A stretch of DNA of 64,000 nucleotides from NCBI GenBank assembly GCA_965116925.1, contig OZ220744.1, positions 4,448,001 to 4,512,000 of the forward strand. Direction: 5' to 3'. This document shows positions 29,105 through 39,630 of this stretch, piece after piece (within the stretch, counting starts at the first letter, position 1; the number at the start of each line of letters is the position of its first letter). A model generated the notes under the pieces. That model did no database searches. It was given only the letters and a program-made list of their open reading frames with translations, and was not told where the DNA came from. Source of the stretch: Candidatus Poribacteria bacterium (GTDB lineage Bacteria; Poribacteria; WGA-4E; PCPOR2b). A program made the translations under genes and the position numbers.

Positions 29105-30568
29105 GTGGTGAACTTACATCGCTTACTCAAAGGAGTAAATATTCTCTCGTCAACTGGGGTGCTTGACAAAGACGTTACCGGCATTGCGAGCGACAGTCGA
29201 GCCGTGGAGCCGGGGTACGCCTTTGTCTGCTATGAAGGGGTCAACGTTGATGGGCACACCTTTATTCCACAAGCCCTCCAAAATGGCGCAACAACGATTG
29301 TTGGGGAAAAACCGGAGTCGATCCCATCGGGTATCACCTATATCCAAACGCCAAACGGACGTATCGCGTTCTCGCTCATCGCAGCAAACTGGTACGAGAA
29401 TCCGGCAGATCGGCTGAAACTAATAGGCATTACCGGCACGAACGGCAAGACCTCAACAGCACATTTAGCGCATTCGATCTTCAACGCTGCGGGACTGAAT
29501 TCGGGGCTCATGGGCACGGTAGGGACCCATTACGCAGATGTCTTTGTGGAGCCAACGATTACGACGCTTGAGCCTTTGACGCTTCACGGGTTATTTCGAG
29601 ACATTGCGGATGCTGGCGTAGATTATGTGATCATGGAAACCTCATCGCAAGGGCTTGCACAACACCGATTGGCTGGGCTCACCTTTGAAACGGCGGTTTT
29701 CACCAATCTAACACAAGATCATCTCGATTACCATGGAACGATGGAAGAATACCTAAACGCCAAGATGATGCTCTTTCGGCAACTCAATCCTAACAACGGT
29801 CTGGCAATCCTGAACGCAGACGATCCCGCCTCCGATTCAATTCGTCATCAAATCACCCTCCCAAGCCTTACCTTTGGGGTTGAACAACCGGCGGATTTGT
29901 CAGTCAGCAATATCGAATCAACACTTAAACGGCTCTCATTCCTTGTGGATACACCGAAGGGAAAAATCTCAGCGAATCTGCGCCTGTTGGGGGATTACAA
30001 CCTATATAACGCTCTCGCTGCGATTGGGATAGGGGTGCATCACGACTGTCCGCTTGAGGCGATCCAAGTGGGACTGGAATCTACCGTTGTGCCGGGGCGG
30101 TTTGAATTGGTTGACCGGGGACAGTCTTTTGCCGTTGTTGTGGACTACGCCCATACGCCCGACGGTTTGGAAAATCTGTTGATCGCTGCACGAAAAATTA
30201 CGCAGGGCAATTTAATCTCCGTCTTCGGCTGCGGCGGAGATCGGGACAGTGGCAAACGTCCGAAGATGGGCAATATCTCCGCAACCATCGCTGATCACAG
30301 CGTAATCACCTCCGACAACCCACGCACCGAAGAGCCAGACGCGATCCTTGCCGACATTGTGGAGGGTTTACCCAACGGCGTAAGTTACGATCTGATTCAG
30401 GACCGCCGGACTGCGATCGGTCATGCGATTGAGTTGGCGAAGAGTGGTGATCTTGTCGCTATTGCGGGCAAGGGGCATGAACCGTATCAAGAGATCAATG
30501 GCGTTCGATTTGATTTCGATGACAGGGAAGTCGCGGGGGAATTTCTTGACCAGTTGAAGGCGCACTGA
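29105..30568 (+). CDS. murE: UDP-N-acetylmuramoylalanyl-D-glutamate--2,6-diaminopimelate ligase
   Basis: GTNGKTS, DHLDYH, DYAHTPD, DNPR (meso-DAP-type motif), GKGHE. Confidence 0.97.
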   Translation: MVNLHRLLKGVNILSSTGVLDKDVTGIASDSRAVEPGYAFVCYEGVNVDGHTFIPQALQNGATTIVGEKPESIPSGITYIQTPNGRIAFSLIAANWYENPADRLKLIGITGTNGKTSTAHLAHSIFNAAGLNSGLMGTVGTHYADVFVEPTITTLEPLTLHGLFRDIADAGVDYVIMETSSQGLAQHRLAGLTFETAVFTNLTQDHLDYHGTMEEYLNAKMMLFRQLNPNNGLAILNADDPASDSIRHQITLPSLTFGVEQPADLSVSNIESTLKRLSFLVDTPKGKISANLRLLGDYNLYNALAAIGIGVHHDCPLEAIQVGLESTVVPGRFELVDRGQSFAVVVDYAHTPDGLENLLIAARKITQGNLISVFGCGGDRDSGKRPKMGNISATIADHSVITSDNPRTEEPDAILADIVEGLPNGVSYDLIQDRRTAIGHAIELAKSGDLVAIAGKGHEPYQEINGVRFDFDDREVAGEFLDQLKAH

Positions 30569-30613
30569 TGAGGCAATTTCATTCAACCATAGCGTCAGGA
30601 GGTGAGATGCAAT

Positions 30614-30856
30614 ATGCCAGCATTTGAGTTTTTGATCCTACTTTTGGTGGCACTCTTTTATATTTTTCCTTTCTGGCTTCTGTTACGTGCTGTTCGCGCG
30701 ATCGAAAGAATCGCGGACAAAATCGAAAAATCCCAGATAACCAAAGCACCAGAGAATAGAGCCAAATTAATCTGTTCAATCGCAGTCTGCTATTATTGTC
30801 CATTCGAGCAGACTGGACACAGCAAACAATTGCTCATACCCCATCCATCATTATGA
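30614..30856 (+). CDS. Small membrane protein
   Basis: AGGAGG upstream; one TM helix; stop overlaps murF start (ATGA). Confidence 0.5.
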   Translation: MPAFEFLILLLVALFYIFPFWLLLRAVRAIERIADKIEKSQITKAPENRAKLICSIAVCYYCPFEQTGHSKQLLIPHPSL

Positions 30857-32220
30857 ACCTCACAATTGCTGAAATCCTACAGGCGACGCAGGGCAAACTC
30901 ATCCAAGGCACTCCCAACACTGTAATAACGCAGGTTTCGACAGACTCACGGACACTTAAAAAGGGCGATCTTTTTGTCGCATTGGTCGGTGAAAAATTCG
31001 ATGGACATAACTTCCTGGAAGGCGCGTGGCAGCAAGGCGCGATCGGGGCAGTTGTCTCGAAACCGGTAGCGGAGCTCTCCCAACTTGCACCGCCGACTAT
31101 TGTGCAAGTAGACGACACGTTGATTGCGTTGGGAGGTATTGCCAACTGTCACCGTCGCAAGTTCGATCTGCCAATCATCGCTATCACGGGCAGCAACGGC
31201 AAGACCACGACAAAGGACATAATAACTTCTGTGTTGGCACAGCGGTTTTCTGTCTTCAACTCTGAGAAAAGTTATAATAACCAGATTGGCATTCCCTTAC
31301 GATTAATGCAACTTAGCGAAGCGGATGAAATTGCTGTGTTAGAGATTGGCACGAGTTGGCCCGGAGAGATTGAGCGGTTATCGCAGATAACAACACCAAC
31401 CGTTGGTGTGATCACTAACATCGGACCGGCACACTTGGAGTTGCTGGGTTCAATTGAAGGAGTTGCGAAGGAGAAAGGGGCGTTGCTGACGCATGTCGAA
31501 CATGCCATCCTTAACGCCGATGATCCGATGACGCCGAGGCTTGCCGTCCGTGTGTGTGGTCAAATCACCACATTCGGTTGGCAAAATGATGCGGATATTT
31601 CTGCAGATGCAATTGAGATTGACGGTTTTGGAAAGTCCTCGTTCACGCTAAAGATTGGTGGGGACGAAACCAACAGAGTGCATTTGCCTTGTCTGGGAAA
31701 ACACAATATCTACAACGCCCTTGCTGCTGCTGGCGTTGGTATCTGGGCGGGTTTAACGCCAACAGAAATCTGTACTGGACTAGAACGTTTTCAGCCGGCA
31801 GACATGCGGATGCAGCCAATTGTGCACAACAATCTACGCATTATCAACGATGCCTATAACTCAAACCCGGAGTCCCTCAAGTCTGCTTTGGCATTTCTCA
31901 GTGATATTGAAATAGCTGGCAAGCGAATTGCAATACTCGGTGATATGCTTGAGCTTGGCAAACATTCTCACGCGCTCCACCTGAAAACGGGACAGGCTAT
32001 TCCGACCAATATCAATCTATTGGTTACTGTCGGTCCTCATAGTCGCGCGATTGGTGAAGGGGCAGAAGGCATCGTTGAGTCCATCATCTCCTGTGATACG
32101 CCAAAGCAAGCGGCACAAGAACTGACCCAATATGCTCAACCCGGTGATGCAGTGCTTATCAAGGGATCGCGCGGGATAAAATTGGAGCAGATCCTGGAAG
32201 AACTGATGCGTGAAATCTGA
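30853..32220 (+). CDS. murF: UDP-N-acetylmuramoyl-tripeptide--D-alanyl-D-alanine ligase
   Basis: TGSNGKTTTK, NNQIGIP, DAYNSNP, LGDMLELG, KGSRG. Confidence 0.97.
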   Translation: MNLTIAEILQATQGKLIQGTPNTVITQVSTDSRTLKKGDLFVALVGEKFDGHNFLEGAWQQGAIGAVVSKPVAELSQLAPPTIVQVDDTLIALGGIANCHRRKFDLPIIAITGSNGKTTTKDIITSVLAQRFSVFNSEKSYNNQIGIPLRLMQLSEADEIAVLEIGTSWPGEIERLSQITTPTVGVITNIGPAHLELLGSIEGVAKEKGALLTHVEHAILNADDPMTPRLAVRVCGQITTFGWQNDADISADAIEIDGFGKSSFTLKIGGDETNRVHLPCLGKHNIYNALAAAGVGIWAGLTPTEICTGLERFQPADMRMQPIVHNNLRIINDAYNSNPESLKSALAFLSDIEIAGKRIAILGDMLELGKHSHALHLKTGQAIPTNINLLVTVGPHSRAIGEGAEGIVESIISCDTPKQAAQELTQYAQPGDAVLIKGSRGIKLEQILEELMREI

Positions 32221-32354
32221 AATTTGATACCTAATAGTTTGGACAGAATCAGGCTTGAAATTGTCGGTTAAGCGGAAGGAAGCGGTTACTTTTTTTCCTC
32301 ATTTCTCATTGCTTTCAATTTCCAAAGGATAAACCTTAATATCAAAAATTACCT

Positions 32355-33458
32355 ATGCTCTACTATCTATTTTTTGAACAATTAACAGAGTTTTTTTCGC
32401 CGCTGAATGTTTTTCGTTATATCAGCTTTCGGTCCATTTATGCAACAGTAACCGCGCTACTTATAGCCCTCATCTTAGGTCCCTTCGTTATTCGACATCT
32501 GAGACGATTGAAGATTGGTCAGCATGTCCGGGATGATGGTCCCGAAACACATTTCAGCAAGGAGGGTACACCGACAATGGGGGGCGTATTGATCATTACG
32601 TCCGTGCTGATTTCAATTTTGCTATGGGCGCGCTTGGATCAGCCCTATATTTTTGTCCTCACTTTTAGTCTCCTGTGGTTTGGTGGACTCGGTTTTTTGG
32701 ATGATTACCGAAAGATTACCAAGCAACAATCGCTCGGATTGAAGGGCTGGCATAAGATCTTTTTACAAACAGTCGGCGCCCTTGCCATTGCCTACTTCCT
32801 CTACCAATGGGGCCCCGTTCCCAAAGACAGTTTGACCGAAAGAACATCAATCATCATTCCTTTCTTTAAGCAACTGCGTCCAGACCTCGGCGTATTCTTT
32901 ATTCCATTTGCGGCGTTCGTCATTGTCAGTGCGTCGAACGCAGTGAATCTTACGGACGGGCTTGATGGTTTGGCAATCGGCTGTACTCTGTTTGTCGCAG
33001 CAACATTTGGGGTGCTGGGCTACCTTACAAGCCACCAACAATTGGCAAATTATCTCGACATCGCCCACATTCCAGCTAGTGGAGAGGCTGCGACTATCTT
33101 CTGTGCTGCGTTGATTGGTGCCGGTGTGGGCTTTTTATGGTATAATTGTCATCCAGCACAAGTTTTCATGGGAGATACGGGTTCGTTAGCTCTCGGTGCA
33201 GCACTTGGAACGATTTCTATCTTGATCAAAGAGGAGATCTTGCTTGTGATTGTCGGTGGAATCTTTGTTGCAGAAGCACTTTCCGTAATCATCCAAGTTG
33301 TATCTTATAAAACGCGAAAAAAGCGGGTGTTCAAGATGTCGCCTCTACATCACCATTTTGAGCAACTCGGTTGGCCCGAGCCGAAGATTGTGCTCCGTTT
33401 CTGGATTATTGGGTTGATTTTGATGCTCGTTGCGCTGAGTACCCTCAAATTACGATAA
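32355..33458 (+). CDS. mraY: Phospho-N-acetylmuramoyl-pentapeptide transferase
   Basis: GTPTMGG, DD, NAVNLTDGLDG, FMGDTGS, PLHHHFE. Confidence 0.98.
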   Translation: MLYYLFFEQLTEFFSPLNVFRYISFRSIYATVTALLIALILGPFVIRHLRRLKIGQHVRDDGPETHFSKEGTPTMGGVLIITSVLISILLWARLDQPYIFVLTFSLLWFGGLGFLDDYRKITKQQSLGLKGWHKIFLQTVGALAIAYFLYQWGPVPKDSLTERTSIIIPFFKQLRPDLGVFFIPFAAFVIVSASNAVNLTDGLDGLAIGCTLFVAATFGVLGYLTSHQQLANYLDIAHIPASGEAATIFCAALIGAGVGFLWYNCHPAQVFMGDTGSLALGAALGTISILIKEEILLVIVGGIFVAEALSVIIQVVSYKTRKKRVFKMSPLHHHFEQLGWPEPKIVLRFWIIGLILMLVALSTLKLR

Positions 33459-33534
33459 TGGGAAAAGAGAGAAGCCGAAAACGATGAAGATCCAATAATT
33501 ATAAGGTAGTTCAAATCTGTATAAGGGGAAGACC

Positions 33535-34281
33535 ATGCGACTACAGAATAAAATTGCCCTTGTCACCGGCGGGGCGACCGGCATCGGTGCCGCTACAACC
33601 GTGATGTATGCAAGAGAGGGAGCCAAAGTTATCATCGCTGATCTGAATGAGGCAGATGGTAAGGCAACTGTCCAATCCATTGAAGCGGCGGGTGGCTCTG
33701 CCCAGTTTATACGGACAGATGTCTCTCAAGAGGCGGACGTTGCTGCAATGGTGGAATCGGTCGAACGGGACTTTGGGAGACTTGATGTGTTGGTAACCTG
33801 TGCTGGCATCCTGCTAGGTGCAGCGGTGCGTATTGATCAGTTCGATGTGGACGCGTGGGATGCAGTCATCAGGGTCAACTTGAGGGGGACCTTCCTGTGC
33901 ACTAAACATACTGTCCCGTTAATAGAAAAAAGTGGCGGTGGGGTAATTGTGCTGATTGCGTCGGGAGCAGGGGTAACGGGGCCCAGTGCATCTGTCGCCT
34001 ACGGTGCTAGCAAAGGTGGTGTGCGAGGATTGGGATTTACCTTAAAAAACCAAGTCGAGCCGTTGAATATCCGAGTGCACGTTGTTTGTCCCGGCAATCT
34101 CAATACCCCCTTGAAACTCAGGGCGATCGCTGAAATTGCAGAAAGGGGTGGAGAATCACCTGAAGCTGCTGTCGCTGCTGCACAGTCTACTCTATTCAAG
34201 CCGGAAGAGGTCGCCAAGGTGCTGACAGATCTCGCTTCTGATGCGGGGGTAAATGCTGAAGAACTTGTATTTACGAAGTGA
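33535..34281 (+). CDS. Short-chain dehydrogenase/reductase
   Basis: TGGATGIG, YGASK. Confidence 0.9.
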   Translation: MRLQNKIALVTGGATGIGAATTVMYAREGAKVIIADLNEADGKATVQSIEAAGGSAQFIRTDVSQEADVAAMVESVERDFGRLDVLVTCAGILLGAAVRIDQFDVDAWDAVIRVNLRGTFLCTKHTVPLIEKSGGGVIVLIASGAGVTGPSASVAYGASKGGVRGLGFTLKNQVEPLNIRVHVVCPGNLNTPLKLRAIAEIAERGGESPEAAVAAAQSTLFKPEEVAKVLTDLASDAGVNAEELVFTK

Positions 34282-34521
34282 TCCAAGCTGCTTGTTTTCT
34301 GTGATCAAGAATATGAAAATCCGACCTACAGATTTTCTAGCAACTTGCGTTATTGTATATAAAAAAATTGTTCTCGTTGGCAGCAGCAATTCTCTATTCA
34401 TTTTTTGTAAAATTCTGCTGCGAGGAAATAACTCTTTACATTTTTGGTGACTTTAGTATATAATGAACCGTATATTACTGCGAAATAGAGTGGATTGAGT
34501 CGTAACGAAAAGGGAAGGTGG

Positions 34522-35097
34522 ATGGTTTTATCAGATCGGGATATTGTTCGTTATCAGGAAATGGGGAAGATTAAGATCACTCCTCCCCCGGATCTCGCTA
34601 AACAGCTCGGTTCCTGTTCCATTGATTTTCGGCTAGGGAATACCTTCCGGTTGTTTGAGCACAGTAAGTACCCCTATATCGATCTCCGTGAAGAGATTGA
34701 TCTCAACGAGCTGATGCACAAGATGGAAGTCCCCGATGGTGAAGCGTTTACCATGCAGCCGGGGGAATTTGTCCTCGCGGCAACGCTTGAAACCCTTGAG
34801 CTAGCCGACGATGTGATGGCGCGGCTCGAAGGTCGTAGTAGCCTTGGTAGACTTGGCATTATTGTCCACAGCACGGCGGGGCTTTTTGATCCAGGTTGGG
34901 TTGGGACTGCGACATTGGAGCTGGGAAATCTGGGGCGGATGCCCGTTAAACTCTACCCCGGTATGCGAATCTGTGCATTTACATTTGAAGAGTTATCCTC
35001 GCCGGCGAAAGTGCCTTATCGTCGAAAACCGGGTAACAAGTATGCGGGACAAGTTGAGCCGGAAGCCAGTCGTTTTGTGAGAGATTTGAATCAGTAG
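34522..35097 (+). CDS. dcd: dCTP deaminase
   Basis: MVLSDRDI, GRSSLGRLG, DPGW, LELGN, KYAGQ. Confidence 0.95.
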   Translation: MVLSDRDIVRYQEMGKIKITPPPDLAKQLGSCSIDFRLGNTFRLFEHSKYPYIDLREEIDLNELMHKMEVPDGEAFTMQPGEFVLAATLETLELADDVMARLEGRSSLGRLGIIVHSTAGLFDPGWVGTATLELGNLGRMPVKLYPGMRICAFTFEELSSPAKVPYRRKPGNKYAGQVEPEASRFVRDLNQ

Positions 35098-35107
35098 GTA
35101 ATAACAT

Positions 35108-35147
35108 TGCTAAAAACTTTAGCAGTGATCTGCCCAATAATTCAGCA
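35108..35147. promoter_or_regulatory. Tandem NtrC-like enhancer boxes upstream of glnA
   Basis: Two 17-bp TGC-N11-GCA sites: TGCTAAAAACTTTAGCA and TGCCCAATAATTCAGCA, about 200 bp upstream of the -24 element. Confidence 0.55.
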
Positions 35148-35322
35148 TCTATGGATTGAGGCATTTATATCACTCCACTAATTTTTTGCTAAAAGGATAT
35201 CTCACATAGTAAGCCAATTAGGAGCAAGCTACCTATCAGAGCCAATTCTCTGCTACAAATAAGAAAAAACGAGGTAGAGAAAATTCGGTGCTGACTTTTC
35301 ATTTTAACAGCGATTTACCTAT

Positions 35323-35338
35323 TGGCATATCGCTTGCT
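35323..35338 (+). promoter_or_regulatory. Sigma54 (-24/-12) promoter of glnA
   Basis: TGGCATATCGCTTGCT fits TGGCA-N6-TTGC spacing. Confidence 0.75.
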
Positions 35339-35538
35339 CTATATCTTTAAGGTGTCCCGTTTTCAAATTCCATAGTTTCCAATAATTCGTTGAGTAGGGT
35401 GTATGAAAGTGGTAAAAATGTCTCCCCTTGAGAGGCTTCTTATAAGCGTTCTTAACGAGCCTGTTGGGCAGTGCCAACCCTGCTTAGTTTAACCATCATT
35501 GCTTGGCTCAATATTTTTAATGTTTAAGGAGAGTTTAG

Positions 35539-36954
35539 ATGACACCAAGTGAAGTTGTTGCGTTTGCTAAAGAAAAAGAGGTCAAAATTATTGACTTTAA
35601 ATTCACGGATCTGCCTGGCCTGTGGCACCACTTTTCGATTCCCGCAACAGAGTTAGAGGAAGATCTGTTTGAAGATGGACTCGGTTTTGATGGTTCAAGT
35701 ATTCGCGGTTTCCAAGCGATTAACGAAAGCGACATGCTCCTTTTCCCGGATCCGAATACAGCCATTGTAGATCCAGTTTGCAAAATTCCGACGCTTAGTC
35801 TCATTGGCAATATTAAGGATCCAATTACCCTAGAAAGCTATAGCCGAGATGTGCGGCATATCGCTCAAAAAGCGGAAGCATACCTCAAAAGCACTGGAAT
35901 CGCGGATACCAGCTATTGGGGACCTGAGGCGGAATTTTTTGTGTTCAACGATGTTCGCTATGGTCAAGATCAGCATTCAGGCTTCTATTCTGTTGATTCG
36001 GTTGAAGGGAGTTGGAATACAGGTGCCGATGAAGGTCCGAACCTCGGATATAAACCGCGCTACAAGGAAGGCTATTTCCCTGTCCCGCCATCGGATACAC
36101 TACAAGATATTCGATCTGAGATGATCCTCAAGATGATCGATTGTGGGATTGATGTAGAACTTCACCACCATGAGGTTGGCACGGGAGGTCAGTGTGAGAT
36201 TGATGTGCGATTTGACACCATGACCCAGATGGGCGATAAGATGGCACTGTACAAGTATATTATCAAGAATACAGCCCGCGCCCACAACCTGACGGCGACC
36301 TTTATGCCCAAGCCACTTTTTGAGGATAACGGTTCAGGTATGCATTGCCATCAGAGTTTATGGAAAGATGGGAAAAACATCTTCTATGATCCGCAGGGAT
36401 ATGCTGGGTTAAGCGAAACGGCGTTATATTACGCTGGCGGTCTCCTGAGACATCTACCCTCGCTGTGTGCTATCATTGCACCGACAACCAATTCTTACAA
36501 ACGGTTGGTCCCGGGCTATGAGGCGCCGGTGAATCTTGCATATTCACAAAGAAACCGGAGTGCGTGTGTCCGCATCCCTGTATATTCTCAGAGCGAGAGA
36601 GCGAAACGACTGGAACTCCGTACACCAGATCCTTCCTGTAACGCATATCTTGCCTTTAGTGCAATGCTGATGGCAGGTCTTGATGGTATTCGGAACCAGA
36701 TTCACCCCGGTGAACCGTTAGATAAAGACCTGTATGATCTGGAGCCAGAAGAACTGGCAGAAATTGAATCAACGCCAGGCTCCTTAGCTGAGGCACTTGA
36801 TGCCTTAGAAGATGACCATGACTATCTGCTCGAGGGCGACGTAATCACGCAGGACGTGATTGATACATGGATAGAGTATAAACGTGAAAACGAAGTTGAT
36901 GCAATCAATCTCCGTCCGCATCCACACGAATTTCATCTCTACTATGATATTTAA
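35539..36954 (+). CDS. glnA: Glutamine synthetase type I
   Basis: [51 protein letters not shown] adenylylation-site context. Confidence 0.98.
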   Translation: MTPSEVVAFAKEKEVKIIDFKFTDLPGLWHHFSIPATELEEDLFEDGLGFDGSSIRGFQAINESDMLLFPDPNTAIVDPVCKIPTLSLIGNIKDPITLESYSRDVRHIAQKAEAYLKSTGIADTSYWGPEAEFFVFNDVRYGQDQHSGFYSVDSVEGSWNTGADEGPNLGYKPRYKEGYFPVPPSDTLQDIRSEMILKMIDCGIDVELHHHEVGTGGQCEIDVRFDTMTQMGDKMALYKYIIKNTARAHNLTATFMPKPLFEDNGSGMHCHQSLWKDGKNIFYDPQGYAGLSETALYYAGGLLRHLPSLCAIIAPTTNSYKRLVPGYEAPVNLAYSQRNRSACVRIPVYSQSERAKRLELRTPDPSCNAYLAFSAMLMAGLDGIRNQIHPGEPLDKDLYDLEPEELAEIESTPGSLAEALDALEDDHDYLLEGDVITQDVIDTWIEYKRENEVDAINLRPHPHEFHLYYDI

Positions 36955-36992
36955 TTGGTTGAATTTCTTTTTCAGTTGTAGATAACCATGAG

Positions 36993-37047
36993 AGTAAAGC
37001 GTAAAACGTAAACTGTTAAGCGTTTTTTTTCGTTTTTACGCTTTACT
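36993..37047. terminator. Hairpin between glnA and glnB
   Basis: Perfect 14-bp arms AGTAAAGCGTAAAA / TTTTACGCTTTACT. Confidence 0.5.
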
Positions 37048-37102
37048 ATATTCACAGAATTGAGGGGTTGTGAGCGTCACCCTTTGAACAAAGGAGAGAT
37101 AA

Positions 37103-37444
<342 letters not shown>

Positions 37445-37802
37445 ACGTAAACCTCAATTCATACAACAGCATAATTGTAGGGGGCAATTCCTTGAGGGGT
37501 GTTGTCCCCTATATTTTTGCCCGCTAAAGCGATTCATGACTTACCCCTCCTCCTCCTCCTTGCCAAAATTACGGAGCACCTCCTTCCCTACATCGTTCAA
37601 GAGTTCATTCATTAGTGAATCCATGAACAAACTGTTTTCACGTTTCACTTTCAATCTGTGTCTGGCGGATCGGGGGCCTGCATAGGGTAATAATTACTTC
37701 CAATTTTTGCTTGACGTTTTTTGGATTGAAATGCTATTATTTGTCCTTGTCTTGCCAATAATCAATCTTAGAAATTCAAAGGAATAGAGGTGATTGTCGA
37801 GC

Positions 37803-38759
37803 ATGATTGAAGTGATAAATTTGACGAAGCGGTATGGCCCAACCGTTGCGGTAAATAACGTCTCCTTCGATGCGAAAGCGGGGGAGGTCCTAGGCTTTCT
37901 AGGTCCAAACGGTGCGGGCAAAACCACAACGATGCGTATCTTAACCTGTTACCTCTCAGCAGACGAAGGAACTGCGAAAGTCGCTGGATTTGATGTTTTT
38001 GAGGAGTCCTTTGAAGTCCGTAAACAGATCGGCTACTTGCCTGAAAGTGCACCCCTCTATACAGATATGGGAGTTATCGACTATCTTAAATTTATCGCCC
38101 AAGTCCGGGATATTCCAAAGAGCCAGCACTCCCAGCGTATTAAAGATGTCGTTGACATCTGTGGGCTTGAGAAGATGATCCAAAAGGATGTCGGTGAGCT
38201 CTCCAAAGGCTACCGCCAACGCCTAGGCTTGGCGCAAAGCTTGATTCATGACCCACCGATCCTTGTGCTTGATGAGCCAACCTCCGGGCTTGACCCCAAC
38301 CAAATTATCGAAATTCGGAATCTGATCCGAGAAATCGGCAAAGAGAAGATGATCATCTTCAGTACACACATCCTGTCTGAAGTCTCAGCGACCTGTAGCC
38401 GAATTTTGATTATTAATGATGGGCAGATCGTTGCAAACGGTACACCGGACGAGTTAGCTGGACGGGCGCGTGGAGAAGAGGTAGTTCACATCTCCATCCG
38501 AGGTCCCCGTGAAGAGATCGAAGCAAAGCTTGAAGCCTTAAATCTAGTTTCAGATTTCAAACGGGTCAAATCCGATGATGATGTGTGCAGTTATCAAATC
38601 GTATCCCAGAACGGGAAGAACACGGCAGAGGAGCTCTTCCATTTTGTGGTCCAGAATCACTGGAGTCTGACAGAATTGCGTCAGGAAGCAGTTAGCCTTG
38701 AAGATGTCTTCCGGCAACTGACCGGCAACGAATCTACAACCCAACCTACCACCGCGTAA
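37803..38759 (+). CDS. ABC transporter ATP-binding protein (GldA-like)
   Basis: GPNGAGKTT, LSKGYRQR, LDEPT. Confidence 0.93.
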   Translation: MIEVINLTKRYGPTVAVNNVSFDAKAGEVLGFLGPNGAGKTTTMRILTCYLSADEGTAKVAGFDVFEESFEVRKQIGYLPESAPLYTDMGVIDYLKFIAQVRDIPKSQHSQRIKDVVDICGLEKMIQKDVGELSKGYRQRLGLAQSLIHDPPILVLDEPTSGLDPNQIIEIRNLIREIGKEKMIIFSTHILSEVSATCSRILIINDGQIVANGTPDELAGRARGEEVVHISIRGPREEIEAKLEALNLVSDFKRVKSDDDVCSYQIVSQNGKNTAEELFHFVVQNHWSLTELRQEAVSLEDVFRQLTGNESTTQPTTA

Positions 38760-38909
38760 AATTAATCCGTTTACTTTTCAGACTGGATGGGACCTAATTA
38801 GATTTAAGTCCCGACTGGAAATTTCCTTGTTTGCAGTCGAAAGCTGACGGGGGATTTTCCTGTATGTAATAGCGCAGTTTATGGCGCGTTTAACATGTGG
38901 AATAAGGAA

Positions 38910-39626
38910 ATGAATAACATCGCAGCAATTTTCAAGAAAGAGTTTAGAAGCTACTTTAATTCGCCTATTGCGTATATTTTTATCACATTTTTTCTCGCAC
39001 TTAGTGCTTGGTTTTTCTTTCGAGGTTTTTTCCTCGTAGGGCAAGCCGTAATGAGAGGCTTCTTCAGTTGGGTGCCGTGGATATTCCTGCTGTTTATTCC
39101 GGCGGTCACTATGAAGCTCTGGGCAGAGGAAAAGAAGATAGGCACAGTTGAAATTTTGATGACGCTTCCCATTAAGGATTATGAAGTAGTCATCGGGAAA
39201 TATCTCGCCAGTTTTTGCCTGCTTGGGGTAACTATTCTGCTCTCCCTTTCGATACCCATTACGGTTGCCTATCTTGGGGAGCCAGATGGGGGTCCCATCC
39301 TCGGCGGCTACATCGGGCTTTTCCTGATGGGAGGGGCTTACCTTGCTATTGGGATGTTCGCCTCGACCATTACGGAAAATCAGATTATCGCCTTCATCCT
39401 TGGGATTGTGATGTGTTTTGGGCTGCTTATCATCGGTGAAGACATTGTGCTTTTCAATGCACCGAACTGGATTGTCCCGATTTTCAGTTATCTCGGCTTG
39501 GGTGCCCATTTTAGCAGCATTCTGAGAGGCGTTATTGATTCGCGGGACCTCATCTATTACTTTTCCGTTATCGGCTTTTTTCTCTATCTAAGCGTCTTGA
39601 TGGTTACAGTTCAGAAATGGAGATAG
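38910..39626 (+). CDS. ABC-2 permease (GldF-like)
   Basis: KKEFRSYFNSPIAY, EEKKIGTVEILMT, 6 TM helices. Confidence 0.9.
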   Translation: MNNIAAIFKKEFRSYFNSPIAYIFITFFLALSAWFFFRGFFLVGQAVMRGFFSWVPWIFLLFIPAVTMKLWAEEKKIGTVEILMTLPIKDYEVVIGKYLASFCLLGVTILLSLSIPITVAYLGEPDGGPILGGYIGLFLMGGAYLAIGMFASTITENQIIAFILGIVMCFGLLIIGEDIVLFNAPNWIVPIFSYLGLGAHFSSILRGVIDSRDLIYYFSVIGFFLYLSVLMVTVQKWR

Positions 39627-39630
39627 ATCT

